DNA of 64,000 nt from an uncultured Acidobacteriota bacterium (GCA_963754955.1 CAVWHY010000003.1:13576-77575); one strand, 5' to 3'; shown: positions 50,532-61,097, numbered from the stretch's first letter. Translations and numbers: made by a program. Notes: generated from the sequence alone by a model not told the origin.

Positions 50532-51345
50532 ACGAGGACTACCCGACTCGATCGCCATGCGCCACGACGAGCACTACGTGGAGGCGCTGGCGGCGTCCGC
50601 CGGCACGCCGGTCGGGCGCCTGATTCCCATCGATCTCATCGACCCCAATCCGAACCAGCCGCGGCAGGTCATGGGGGATCTGTCGGAGCTGATGGCCTCG
50701 ATTTCAGAAAAGGGGATCATCGAGCCGCTGGTCGTGCGGCCGCGCGGCGAGCGGTTTCAGATCGTGGCCGGCGAACGGCGCTATCAGGCGGCCGTGCAGC
50801 TCGGCCTCAAGGAACTGCCGGCCGTCATTCGCGACGTCGACGAAGCCGAGATGCTCGAGCTCGCGCTGATCGAGAACCTGCAGCGAAAAGACCTGACGCC
50901 GTTCGAAGAGGCCGAGGCGCTGCAGGGCCTGGCGGACGGGTGCCGGTATACGCACGAAGATCTGGCGCGGCGGCTGGGGAAGTCGCGGACGTCGATTACC
51001 GAGTCGCTGGCCCTGACGGCGATGCCCCAGGAGATCCGCCATCTGTGTCGGCTGGCCGACATTTCCTCCAAGTCGTTGCTATTGCAGGTGGTTAGGCAAG
51101 ATACGCCAGCGAAAATGACCGCTTTAATCGAGAAGATGACCAGCCAGGGCGGCGCGACCCGCCAGCAACTGCGTGACGCCGTGGCCAAGGCCAAGCCGGG
51201 CCGGCCAAAGGCGTATGTGTTTGCCTACCGACCGCCCACCAAGGCGTTCAACCTGAAGCTCTCGTTCTCGAAAAGCCGCGCGTCGAAGGACGACGTGATC
51301 GAGGCGCTCGAGGCGATTCTCAAAGAACTCCGCAAAACGAAATAG
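50524..51345 (+). CDS. parB: chromosome-partitioning protein ParB (Spo0J-type)
   Basis: Within ORF 50176..51345 from GTG 50524, overlapping the parA end. Motifs: IDLIDPNPNQPRQ, IIEPLVVRP, QIVAGERRYQAA (arginine patch / CTP-binding motif) and an HTH region. Confidence 0.9.
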   Translation: MPRRGLPDSIAMRHDEHYVEALAASAGTPVGRLIPIDLIDPNPNQPRQVMGDLSELMASISEKGIIEPLVVRPRGERFQIVAGERRYQAAVQLGLKELPAVIRDVDEAEMLELALIENLQRKDLTPFEEAEALQGLADGCRYTHEDLARRLGKSRTSITESLALTAMPQEIRHLCRLADISSKSLLLQVVRQDTPAKMTALIEKMTSQGGATRQQLRDAVAKAKPGRPKAYVFAYRPPTKAFNLKLSFSKSRASKDDVIEALEAILKELRKTK

Positions 51346-51542
51346 GCCGCGCTCGCCTGGCTGGTCCGGGGTAGTCGGCGTCGGCCAGGCTCCGGGAATT
51401 CGGAAAATCCGCGGTCTCTGGCGTCGCCGGGTTGAAGCGGTTCGTGGCGAGGCGGCGTCGTTGGATCGGGCGGTGGTAGCGGGCGGCAGCCGGCTCGGAT
51501 GCACGCCGGCTGGGAGTCTCGCGGGCCAGCCAAACTCCCATT

Positions 51543-51570
51543 AGTTAACATAATATCCATTATCGGACTC
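51543..51570 (-). other. dif: candidate dif site (XerC/XerD chromosome-dimer resolution site)
   Basis: The minus strand reads GAGTCCGATAA-TGGATA-TTATGTTAACT. E. coli dif is GGTGCGCATAA-TGTATA-TTATGTTAAAT. XerD arm 10/11, central region 5/6, XerC arm 6/11 with the inner ATAA conserved. Embedded in an AT-rich island (23 G+C in 63 nt, 51531-51593) in a convergent spacer. Confidence 0.6.
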
Positions 51571-51651
51571 ACGATATATCCCGAATGATTAGGCCCTGTG
51601 CATGCTTTGCGGATGCGTGTGTGCGGCACCCGCCCTAACGGCGGCTCGCCT

Positions 51652-53808
51652 TCACGCCTGCCAGTTGTCGCCGCTGAACGCCGTCGCCCGGCACGTCAAC
51701 CTGAATCGGCCGCTGCGCCGGATAGCGTTCCGCCTCCGGCGTACCGGGACCGACGGGCAGGCTGGCCGACACGAAGAAGCCCACCGATTCGCCGGCCTCC
51801 GCCTCGAGGTCCACCAGCGGGACCGCCACCTCCAGCACGGTGCCGGCCGCGACCCGGGCGCCGGGGACCGCTGGTCCCCGACCACGTGGCCCGGCCCGAC
51901 GGCTCTACCTCCAGGCGCTGCCGCGAGGGGTGCAGGAAGGTCAGCGAGAACCCGTGACCTTCCGCCATCAGGTCCGCGAGCCGGCGCTCGCCATCGAGGC
52001 GGACGAACAGGTGCGAGGCGCTGAAGCCGAACAGCACACGCGTGAGGATGCGCGGCACCGCGCCGGTCTGGTGCATGGCCCCCTGGTGCACCGGGATCTC
52101 GAAGGTGCCGGCGCCCAGCCATTCGAAGTAGCTCGTCGCCTCGCCGTCGATGGTCGGCGAGAGCCACGCCGAGGGCGGCTGTTCCTCCTGGATCGTCAGG
52201 GCCGCTGAGATGTTGCTGACGAAGAGCTCCTCCGGCACCGGCTGCTGCAGCAGGCGGTACACGTTCCGCAGGTGCCGCCGGAACAGGTCGTCGAACTCCG
52301 CGTCGTGATCCGACGAGTGGTCGTCCCCGTACCACCAGAACCAGTCGCTGCCTTCGGCGATGAGCAACTCCTCGCGGGCCTGCTCGACGGCGGTCGCCGG
52401 AGCGCCGGACGCGCGCTCGAGCGCCTCGCGGGCATCGCCCAGCTGGCTCCAGGCCATCTGGTCGTCCCGGTGGCCGATCCAGATGGAAAAGTTGGAATCG
52501 ATCCACGAACCGGGGAAAATCGATTCGATCGTGCCGGGGGCGGCGCCGGGCGTCGCGCATGCTTCCGCCATGGTCACCGTCCGGAGCTCGGGATGGGTGG
52601 CCAGTCGGCCGTACAGCGCCCGGAGAAAAGGGTGGCCGTTCGCCTCGAAATGCTCCCAGGCGTTCTCGCCATCCAGGATGACGGGCAGGAGGGCCTCTCC
52701 CCCGCTCGACGGCCGCGAAGCGCCGGCCGGCTTCCGCGAGCCGCGCGACAAAGTCGTCAGCGGCCGCGTCCGGATCCCAGCCGGCGTAGACGAACCCGAT
52801 GCGATCCGAGAGCACATGGTCGCGAAAGACGCAGGACACCGACGCGCCGCCGGCCCGGACGTCATAGGAGCGATAGAGCCGATCCGGCTGTTCGACGTGC
52901 CCGTACTGATCGCGCGTGAAGGTGAGCCCGATCGATCGCGCCAGGATCTGCTCGTCCGTCGCCATCCACGAAAAGCCGGCCCGCGCCACCAGCGGCACCA
53001 TCGCGTCCGACACGGATCCTTCAGAAGGCCACACGCCGACCGGCCGGCGTCCGAACAGACGCTCGTGGCACTCCACGGCCCGCCGGAGCTGAAGGTCCGC
53101 GTCCTGCGGGTGCTGAAATCGCCGGCGCGGCATCGCCGATCCCGGATGCGTCCGCAGGTAGACGTCCGTATCGCACAGGAGCGGCAGAATCGGGTGGTAG
53201 AAGGGCGACGTGGCGATCTCGATCTGGCCCCTCGCTGCGGCGTCTCGGTACTCCGGGATGACGCGGTTCAGGATCTCGAGCTCCACGGCCCGAAGCACCC
53301 CTTTGTCGTCCTCGGAGAAGGCGCGCCCCTTGTCGACCAGCCGCCGCACGCGTTCGTCGCCCGTCAGGTAGAACGGGTCGATCCAGGCGAGCTTCTGCCA
53401 GACCTGCAGATCGCGCAGGTCGTCGGTCGAGAACGGCGCGGACGCCGAGCGCCGTTCGAGCAGCTCGAGGTAGCGCGGGTAGATTTCGATCATGCGCCGG
53501 CGCTGCGCGTGAAAGAAGTTGGCGACGATGAACGTGGCTTCCGCCTCGGTGAGGAGCGCCGCCGGCTTGAGCCCGAGCTCGAGATACCGGTCGCGCGCGC
53601 GGTCGGCGGCGAAGGCTTCGAGTTGGACGAGCAGCGACGGTACCAGGTTGAAGGTGGCGCGAACAGCCGGGAACTCGCGCAGCAGCGCCACCATCCCGTA
53701 GTAGTCCTTCAGCGCATGCAGCCGCACCCACGGCATGATGTGCTCGCGGGTGACGAGGTCTTCGTAGAACGGCTGGTGCATGTGCCACAGGAGGGCGACG
53801 CGGGTCAT
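51652..53808 (-). CDS. glycoside hydrolase family 57 protein (alpha-amylase / alpha-glucan-processing type), about three frame breaks
   Basis: The N-terminus MTRVALLWHMHQPFYEDL...HALKDYYGM...SPFYHPILPLL is the GH57 catalytic core (ORF 51652..53808). It continues in ORF 51696..52865 (ILDGENAWEHF...GSDWFWWYGDDH), then ORF 51635..51838. Breaks lie near 52700, 51850-51900 and 51690. The exact 3' end is uncertain. Confidence 0.8.
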   Translation of the reverse strand: MTRVALLWHMHQPFYEDLVTREHIMPWVRLHALKDYYGMVALLREFPAVRATFNLVPSLLVQLEAFAADRARDRYLELGLKPAALLTEAEATFIVANFFHAQRRRMIEIYPRYLELLERRSASAPFSTDDLRDLQVWQKLAWIDPFYLTGDERVRRLVDKGRAFSEDDKGVLRAVELEILNRVIPEYRDAAARGQIEIATSPFYHPILPLLCDTDVYLRTHPGSAMPRRRFQHPQDADLQLRRAVECHERLFGRRPVGVWPSEGSVSDAMVPLVARAGFSWMATDEQILARSIGLTFTRDQYGHVEQPDRLYRSYDVRAGGASVSCVFRDHVLSDRIGFVYAGWDPDAAADDFVARLAEAGRRFAAVERGRGPPARHPGWRERLGAFRGERPPFSPGAVRPTGHPSRAPDGDHGGSMRDARRRPRHDRIDFPRFVDRFQLFHLDRPPGRPDGLEPAGRCPRGARARVRRSGDRRRAGPRGVAHRRRQRLVLVVRGRPLVGSRRGVRRPVPAAPAERVPPAAAAGAGGALRQQHLSGPDDPGGTAALGVALADHRRRGDELLRMAGRRHLRDPGAPGGHAPDRRGAAHPHACAVRLQRLAPVRPPRWRAPARGPDGGRSRVLADLPAPLAAAPGGRAVGPGHVVGDQRSPAPGSRPAPCWRWRSRWWTSRRRPANRWASSCRPACPSVPVRRRRNAIRRSGRFRLTCRATAFSGDNWQA

Positions 53809-53824
53809 AGTGGTAGTCTAGCTG

Positions 53825-56207
53825 GTGGTGCCTTCTCTGCTCGACCGCTATGTCGTTCGCGAGACACTGCTGCCGTTCTTCCTGTCGCTGCTGCTCATCA
53901 CCTTCCTCCTGATCATCCCGCCCACTCCTGCAGCAGGGATACACCCTCATCGCGCAAGGCGTGGGATGGTCGGTGGTGGTTCGCGTGCTCGTCACGCTGC
54001 TGCCGCAGGCGCTGAGCATCAGCATCCCGATGGCGGTGCTCATGGGGCTGCTCATCGCGTTCGGCCGGCTATCGGCCGACCGCGAGTTCGTCGCGATGCA
54101 GGCGTGCGGCGTCAGCGTCTACCGGCTGCTTCGCCCGGTGGTCTTCATCGCGCTAATCTCCACGGCCGCGACGGCGTACGTCCTCATCGTGTCGCTGCCG
54201 AATGCGAACCAGCGATTCCGGGAAATCACGCTGCGGGAAGTGTCCTCGCTCGTCGAGAACAACGTCAAGCCGCGGGTCTTCTTCGACAAGTTTCCCAATC
54301 GTGTGCTGTACGTCCGCGACCTGCCGCCGGGCGGCGGATGGCGCGACATCTTTCTCGCCGACTCGTTCAAGCCGGGCGAAACGACGGTCTATTTCGCGAA
54401 GGAAGGCCGCATCCTCGTCGATCGCGCGCACCAGATGGTGCAGCTGCAGTTGACGCACGGCACCCAGCACACCACCATCGCCGCGCAGCCTGATGCCTAC
54501 ACCGCGACCGAATTCGAGAATTTCAGCCTGAACCTGGACCCGCAGACGGTGTTCCCGCCGCCGCCCAGCCGCGGGGTGCCGGAGATGACGATCGGCGAAC
54601 TGCGGCGCACGATCGCGCAGGCCGACGCGCGCAACGACCGGCTGCTCGGCTACAGCTCGCGGTTCATGGTCCAGTTCAAGTTCGCGCTGCCGCTCGCGTG
54701 CGCCGTGCTGGCGCTGATCGCGCTGGCGCTTGGCGTCAGCCACCGCAAGGACGGCAAGCTGGCCAGCTTCGTCATCGGCGTCAGCGTGAGCTTCATCTAT
54801 TACGTGCTGCTCTACATGGCGCGGGCCTCGGCGTTCGGCGGGGTGCTCAATCCGAGCCTGGCGCCGTGGGTTCCCAACCTGGTGCTGGGGCCCGTCGGCG
54901 TCGCGCTGCTGTTCTGGCGCGCGCGGTCGACCGACCGTCCGATCCTGATCACGCTGCCCGCGCGTCGCGCCGCGGCGCTCTCGACGGCCTCGGGCGTGAC
55001 CGTGCCGCTCCAGATGCCGTCACCGCTTCCCCGCCCGTCACCCGTGCTGTTCGTGGTCCGGGTGCCCCACCTCAATCTCCGGTGGCCCAGCATCCTGGAC
55101 GTCTACACATCGCGCCAGTACCTGCGGGTGTTCGCGTTGACGATTCTGGCGGCGCTCGGGATCTTCTACATCTCGACGTTCATCGACCTGGCCGACAAGC
55201 TGTTCCGCGGCTCCGCGACGACGGCGCTGCTGCTGCAGTACTTCTACTACCAGACGCCCCAATACGTGTATTACATCATCCCGATCTCGGGCCTGGTCGC
55301 CACGCTCGTGACGATCGGCGCGATGACCAAGAACAGCGAGCTCGTCGTGATGCGCGCGTGCGGCATCAGCCTGTACCGCACGGCGGTGCCGCTGCTCCTG
55401 TTCGCCGCGACCGCCAGCGGCGTCCTGTTCGCCATGCAGGAGATGGTGCTCGCCCGCGCGAACCAGGAAGCCGACCGCCTGAACAGCATCATCCGCGGCT
55501 TTCCTGCCCAGACGCTGAGCGAACTGAACCGCTGGATGGCGAGCGAAAACGGCGACGTCTATCACTACGACTACTTCGATGCGCGCACCGATCACTTCAC
55601 GCGCCTCACCCGCTATCACCTCGACCAGTCGTCGTGGCGGCTGAGCGCGGTGACGTATGCCGACAGCGTGGATCTGGTGGACACGAACCGCGCAATGGGC
55701 GCTCGCGAAGCCACGTGGCTGGCGCGCGCGGGCTGGGTGAGAACGGTCAGCACGCGGCGAACCGCCGGCACGGTGAAGACGGCCGTGGTGTACGAACCGT
55801 TCGCCGAGCGCCAGATGCGCCTCGAGGCGCCGGGCTATTTCAAGACCGAGTCGCCTGACGCGTTGAAGATGACGTACGGGCAGTTGAGCGACTACATCGA
55901 GCAGCTCACCGCAAGCGGATTCAACGCGGTGCCGGCCACCGTGCAACTGCAGCGCAAAGTGGCCTTCCCCTTCGTCACGCTCGTCATGACGCTGCTCGCC
56001 GTGCCGTTCGCGGTCACGACCGGCCGGCGCGGCGCCCTCGGCGGCATCGGCATCGGGATCGCGATCTCGATCGTCTACTGGGTGATTCTCAACGTGTTCA
56101 GCGCGCTCGGCGAAGGCGGGGTGACCACGCCCACCCTTGCGGCATGGGCGCCGAACATCCTGTTCGGCGCGGCCGCTGTCTACATGGTGTTGACCGTTCG
56201 CACCTGA
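53825..56207 (+). CDS. LptF- and LptG-like LPS export permease domains in one ORF, one frame break (~53920)
   Basis: 53825 gives MVPSLLDRYVVRETLLPFFLSLLLITFLLI (LptF/G N-terminal signature). ORF 53961..56207 continues. A second permease module starts at ILDVYTSRQYLRVFALTILAALGIFY (~55090) with no stop codon between the modules. Confidence 0.75.
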
Positions 56208-56235
56208 CGGCAGGCCCGAAGGCCTCCACCACGAC

Positions 56236-57968
56236 TCATCGCTGCAGCGCCGGATTCGTGATCCACACGCGGCCCGACGTGCCGGGCCTGGTGTTGACGG
56301 CATCGACCACGAACAGGATGGAACGGATTTCGGCGCGTGGGGGCTGGTCCGTGCCGGCGCCGGCGGCGGGCGTCAAGTCGTCGAAGAACACGGTGCGCTC
56401 CTGATCCACCGTGTCGAGGTAGACCGACCGCTGCCAGCTTCCACGATCCGATCGGAGCTGGACGGACATCCGCATGGGCTGCTCGGCGCGTCCGGTGAAC
56501 ACCAGGCGGTCGTTCCCGGCGAGTCCCGCCGCCAGATCCACGACGAGCGCCGCGTACTGGAGCGCCGCCGGACCGTTGGCAAGGCCGAAGCGCAGCCGCG
56601 CCTGGCTTCCGCCGGTTCCACCTGGTCCCGGCACAGCCGCCGGGAGGTCGACGGCCGCAAGCGACGTGGGGTCGTACTCGACGCGCCACGTCGTTTTCGA
56701 CGGCCCGCCGATGAGCGGCTGCTGCCGGCTCGCCGGGGGGCGTTGACGCTCGGTCGTTTCTGCCGGCGAATTCGCGAGGCGTACATAGATCGGGTTGCTC
56801 ACCAGCCACGGTGTGTCCGCCGCGCGGATTTCGACCCAGTACACTCCTGCCCCGCCCGGTGCCTCGGTCGTGAACTCGGGTTCGTGGTGATCGCCGGAGA
56901 GCGAGCGTCGCGCCGTCACGGATCGTCGTCGTGAACCACGCCGGGGCGTTGCTGCGTACGCGCAGCTTCACGGGCCCGCCCGCCGCCGGCAGGTCGTCGC
57001 CTTCGCGTGCGGTCCCGGACGTATTCGCCGCCGAGAACTCGAACGCGGGCGGCGTCGCGATGCCGTCCACCGACACGTACAGGTGCCCGGCGCGAATCGC
57101 GCGCAGGACGATCGCCGAGGCATCTGCTACCGCGTTGCCCGTGAGCGCATGTTCGGGCCTGACATGGACCGAGAGCGCGCGGAACGATGACTCGTAGCTC
57201 GGAATCGGAATCGCCGCCCGTGTTTCTGCCGGGTCGCTCGACCGCCAGAACGCGATCTGCGCGTGCGCGTCCGCACCGGCGGTCGTGACGACGCGTCGGC
57301 GGCGGGCCACGTCCGCCCACTGTGCCAGGACGCCCGTCGGTTGCAAGCAGCGCGGCGATGGACTCGGCCGGGCGGAACGGGTACGAGAACAGCCTCTGCG
57401 CGAGCAACGGCGTTGGCAGCGTCGCACGACCCCCGAACGCCGGCGCGATCTGCTGCCGCCAGCTCGTGTCCGGGTTGACGAATTCGATCCCGTCGAAGGG
57501 CGCGGACCACTCGCGCCAGCTGAGCTCGGACTTCGGCGAGTCCGGGTGGGCTGCTATCCCGAACCCGCCGAGCCGCGTCACGTCGTCGACGACATCGCGT
57601 GCCTGGCCCGCCAGCGGATACGGCGCTTTCGGGATGTCGATCGCGATGTAGTGGCCGCCGGCCGTGCTGATCTCGACGCCGTCGAGGCACAACACGCCCT
57701 CGCGATAGACCGGCGCATCCGGCGCGCGCGTGCCGTCGCCGTGATCGGTGATGACGATGAACTTCAGCCCCGCGGCTGCTGCCGCGTGGGCGATCTCATC
57801 GAGCGTGCCGCGGCCGTCGGACCGCGTCGAATGAATGTGAATGGCGCCCGGGATCGTCCCGTCCTGGAACGACGAGGTGAGAACAGTGTGTTTCGGAGGA
57901 AAGGTCAGCCAGGCAGAAACGGCGACGATGGCCACCAGGACCATCGTCGCCGTGAGGAACCGCTTCAA
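56236..57968 (-). CDS. PHP-domain (CehA/McbA-like) metallohydrolase with C-terminal beta-rich domain, two frame breaks (~57345, ~56910)
   Basis: ORF 56916..57968 has a signal/anchor and PHP motifs ([23 protein letters not shown]). It continues in ORF 56180..57427 and then ORF 56236..56919. The span is 3n+2. Confidence 0.65.
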
Positions 57969-57977
57969 GTCCGCCGG

Positions 57978-59131
57978 TTAGAGGCCGGCGCCCTTCTTCA
58001 GCGCCGCGGCCTTGTCGGTCTTCTCCCACGTGAACTCCGGCTCGGTGCGGCCGAAGTGGCCGAACGCCGCCGTCTTCGTGTAGATGGGCCGACGCAGATT
58101 CAGCTCTTCGTGGATGCCGCGCGGGCGTGAGCTTGAAGTTCTGCCGCACGAGCTCGGTGATCTTCGGCTCCGGGATCTTGCCCGACCCGTCGGTATCCAC
58201 CATGACCGAGACCGGCTCGGCCACGCCGATGGCGTACGCGAGCTGCACGGTCGCGCGATCCGCAAGGCCGGCCGCGACGACGTTCTTCGCGACGTAGCGG
58301 GCCATGTAGCAGGCCGAGCGATCCACCTTCGTCGGATCCTTGCCCGAGAAGGCGCCGCCGCCGTGCGGCGCGTAGCCGCCGTAGGTGTCCACGATGATCT
58401 TGCGCCCGGTGACGCCCGCGTCGCCGTGCGGACCGCCGACGACGAAGCGGCCCGTCGGGTTGACGTAGATCTTCGTGTTCTTGTCCATCAGGTTCGCCGG
58501 CATCGACGTCTTGATGATCTTGTTGGTGATGTCCTCGCGCATCGTCTCCTGGCTGACCAGCGGGCTGTGCTGGCTCGAGATGACGACGGCGTCGATGCGG
58601 ATCGGCTTGGTGCCGTCGTATTCGACGGTGACCTGGGACTTGCCGTCGGGCCGGAGGTAGTCGAGTGAGCCGTCGCGGCGGCAGCACGACAGGCCCTTGC
58701 ACGAGCTTGTGGGCGAGCATGATCGGCAGCGGCATGAGTTCGTCGGTCTCGTTGCAGGCGTAGCCGAACATGAGGCCCTGGTCGCCGGCGCCGCCCGTGT
58801 CCACGCCCATCGCGATGTCCGGCGACTGGCTGTGAATCGACGACAGCACGGCGCACGTCTCGGCGTCGAAGCCGTACTTGCCGCGTGTGTAGCCGACTTC
58901 AGCGATCGTCTTGCGGACGACGTCCTGATAGTCGATCTTCGCCGTGGTGGTGATTTCGCCGGCGACGAGGGCGAGGCCCGTCGTGACCAGCGTTTCGCAC
59001 GCGACGCGGCTCATGGGGTCCTGCGCGAGGATGGCGTCGAGAATCGAGTCCGAGATCTGATCCGCGATCTTGTCGGGATGCCCTTCGGTCACCGACTCAG
59101 ACGTAAAGAGATGACGTCCGTTACGGCTCAT
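57978..59131 (-). CDS. metK: S-adenosylmethionine synthetase, two frame breaks (~58694, ~58120)
   Basis: [28 protein letters not shown]...[12 protein letters not shown] (ORF 58100..59803 frame). Then ...[14 protein letters not shown]...[21 protein letters not shown]...[14 protein letters not shown] (57796..58542). Then ...[16 protein letters not shown] (57978..58265). 1154 nt = 3n+2. AAGGAG RBS upstream. Confidence 0.95.
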
Positions 59132-59208
59132 GCCGTGCTCCTTGAAAGAAAGAGAGAAACCGTACGCTTCGAAGAAACGTGTGAGCTGAACACTGCAGTG
59201 TAGCAGAA

Positions 59209-60105
59209 TCAGGGCCGCGGGTGGAAGCGGTCGTAGACCGCCCGCAGCCGCGCTTCGAGGATGTGCGTGTAGATCTGGGTCGTCGAGAGGTCCGCGTGCC
59301 CCAGCATCATCTGGATGGCGCGCAGATCGGCGCCCCGCTCGAGCAGATGCGTGGCGAACGAATGGCGCACCACGTGCGGGCTGAGCATGCGCGGCAGTCC
59401 CGCCTTTTTTCCGTAGCCCTTCAAGATCTTCCAGAACCCGACGCGGCTCAACGGCCCGCCGCGGGCGTTGACGAACAGCCGCGGCGTCGTCCGGCCCCCG
59501 GTCTTCTGGCGCCGGATGAGCCCGGGACGCGCGTCCGACTGATACCGCCGGATCCACGCGGATGCCTGGTCGCCGATCGGGATCAGCCGTTCCTTGTTGC
59601 CCTTGCCGATGCAGGTCAGGTAGTGCTCGTCGAGGTGAAGATCCGCGTCGCGGACGCCGACGAGCTCGGAGACGCGCATGCCGGTCGCATAGAGCAACTC
59701 GATCAGCGCGCGGTCGCGGAGTCCGAGCGGCGTCGACGTGTCCGGCTGCGCCAGGAGGGTGTCCACGTCCTCCACGGACAGGAACTTCGGCAGCGCAGGC
59801 CATGCCGGTGGCGGCTGCAAATCCTCGGCAGGACTGCGGGCAAGTCGCCGATCCAGGACGAGAAACCGGTAGAAGCCGCGTACGGCGGCCACGGCCCGCG
59901 CGACCGACCGCGGCGACTGGCCGCGCCCGCGCTGGTGCTGCACGAACGCGTCGAGCGCCCGGCGGTCGAGGTCCTCGAGATTCCGGTGCGACGTGTCGGC
60001 AAACGCCGCCAGCGCCGCCAGGTCGCGACCGTAGCTCTCGAGGGTGTGGCCCGACAGGCGCCGCTCGACGCGGAGATGATCAAGGTAGGCGGCGATCAGG
60101 CTCAC
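59209..60105 (-). CDS. xerD: site-specific tyrosine recombinase, XerD (XerC/XerD family)
   Basis: 298 aa: [23 protein letters not shown], ...[11 protein letters not shown]..., [39 protein letters not shown]. The assignment to XerD rather than XerC is by overall resemblance only. Confidence 0.8.
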   Translation of the reverse strand: MSLIAAYLDHLRVERRLSGHTLESYGRDLAALAAFADTSHRNLEDLDRRALDAFVQHQRGRGQSPRSVARAVAAVRGFYRFLVLDRRLARSPAEDLQPPPAWPALPKFLSVEDVDTLLAQPDTSTPLGLRDRALIELLYATGMRVSELVGVRDADLHLDEHYLTCIGKGNKERLIPIGDQASAWIRRYQSDARPGLIRRQKTGGRTTPRLFVNARGGPLSRVGFWKILKGYGKKAGLPRMLSPHVVRHSFATHLLERGADLRAIQMMLGHADLSTTQIYTHILEARLRAVYDRFHPRP

Positions 60106-60150
60106 GGCTATGATAGTATCCGCGGTTTCTTTTCAGAGGTTCCTGTCGCC

Positions 60151-61095
60151 ATGCCCCTGCGCTCGAAGTGGCAGTCGCTGCCCACCGAAGCCATCAACCC
60201 CGACACGCTCGCCCTCGACAAGCTGACACCGGCGGACCTCGTCGAAGGCATGCTCCACGAAGATCGCAAGATGCTCGCGGCCGTCCAGCGCGAGAAGGAT
60301 CGCATCGCGGTCGGCATCGACATCCTCGCGCAGGCGCTCCGGAGCGGCGGGCGCATCGTCTTCGTCGGCGCCGGCACGAGCGGCCGGCTGGGCGTGCTCG
60401 AGTCGTCCGAGATGCCGCCCACGTTCGGGACCAAGCCCGAACTGGTGCAGGCCATCATGGCTGGCGGCAAGGACGCGATGCTGGCGCCGCGCGAGGGCGT
60501 GGACGACAACTACGAAGAAGGCACGCGCTCGATCAACCGGCTCAGGCCGAGCAAGAAGGACGTGGTCATCGGCGTGTCCGCGAGCGGCATGACGCAGTTC
60601 GTGCGCGGCGCGCTCACACGCGCGCGGCGCGCGGGCTCGAAGATCATCTTCGTTACCTGCGATCCGCGCACCGAGTTGCAGACATTCGTCGATCTCACGA
60701 TCGCCCCCGGCGTGGGCCCCGAGGTCATCGCGGGATCGACGCGCCTCAAGGCCGGCACCGCGACCAAGATCGTGCTCAACATGCTGACGACCGGGGCGAT
60801 GGTCCGCATCGGCAAGACGTACGGCAACCTGATGGTGGACGTGCAGACGGGATCGGAGAAACGTCGCGATCGCGCCCGCCGCATCGTCTCCATCGTCACG
60901 GGCCTCGAAGACGACGAGGCCGACAAGCTGCTGCGGCGCGCCCGGTGGAACGTCAAGGCCGCGATCGTGATGGAGAAAGCCGGTCTCGCGTACCCGCAGG
61001 CGCTGTCGCGCCTTCGCAAGGCCCACGATTTCATCCGTGACGCCATCGGCGAGGACGCTGAAGCGCGCTTGCGGGAACTCCTGCAGGTCGGTTAA
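60151..61095 (+). CDS. murQ: N-acetylmuramic acid 6-phosphate etherase
   Basis: Within ORF 59221..61095 from ATG 60151. SIS domain: GGRIVFVGAGTSGRLGVLESSEMPPTFG, VIGVSASG, AGSTRLKAGTATKIVLNMLTT. Confidence 0.9.
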   Translation: MPLRSKWQSLPTEAINPDTLALDKLTPADLVEGMLHEDRKMLAAVQREKDRIAVGIDILAQALRSGGRIVFVGAGTSGRLGVLESSEMPPTFGTKPELVQAIMAGGKDAMLAPREGVDDNYEEGTRSINRLRPSKKDVVIGVSASGMTQFVRGALTRARRAGSKIIFVTCDPRTELQTFVDLTIAPGVGPEVIAGSTRLKAGTATKIVLNMLTTGAMVRIGKTYGNLMVDVQTGSEKRRDRARRIVSIVTGLEDDEADKLLRRARWNVKAAIVMEKAGLAYPQALSRLRKAHDFIRDAIGEDAEARLRELLQVG

Positions 61096-61097
61096 CC

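Noticed and set aside
51346-51530. Possible SRP RNA, tmRNA, 6S RNA or tRNA in the GC-rich part of the parB-GH57 spacer.
   Set aside because: No match by eye to the SRP domain IV motif (GGAAGGAAGCAGC-like), the tmRNA 5' end/tag region or a tRNA T-arm (GGTTCGAATCC). Only generic hairpins were seen. A covariance-model scan is needed for a real answer.
59132-59208. SAM riboswitch upstream of metK.
   Set aside because: The xerD-metK spacer is only 77 nt. I could not fit the conserved SAM-I or SAM-II cores. It contains just an AAGGAG RBS.
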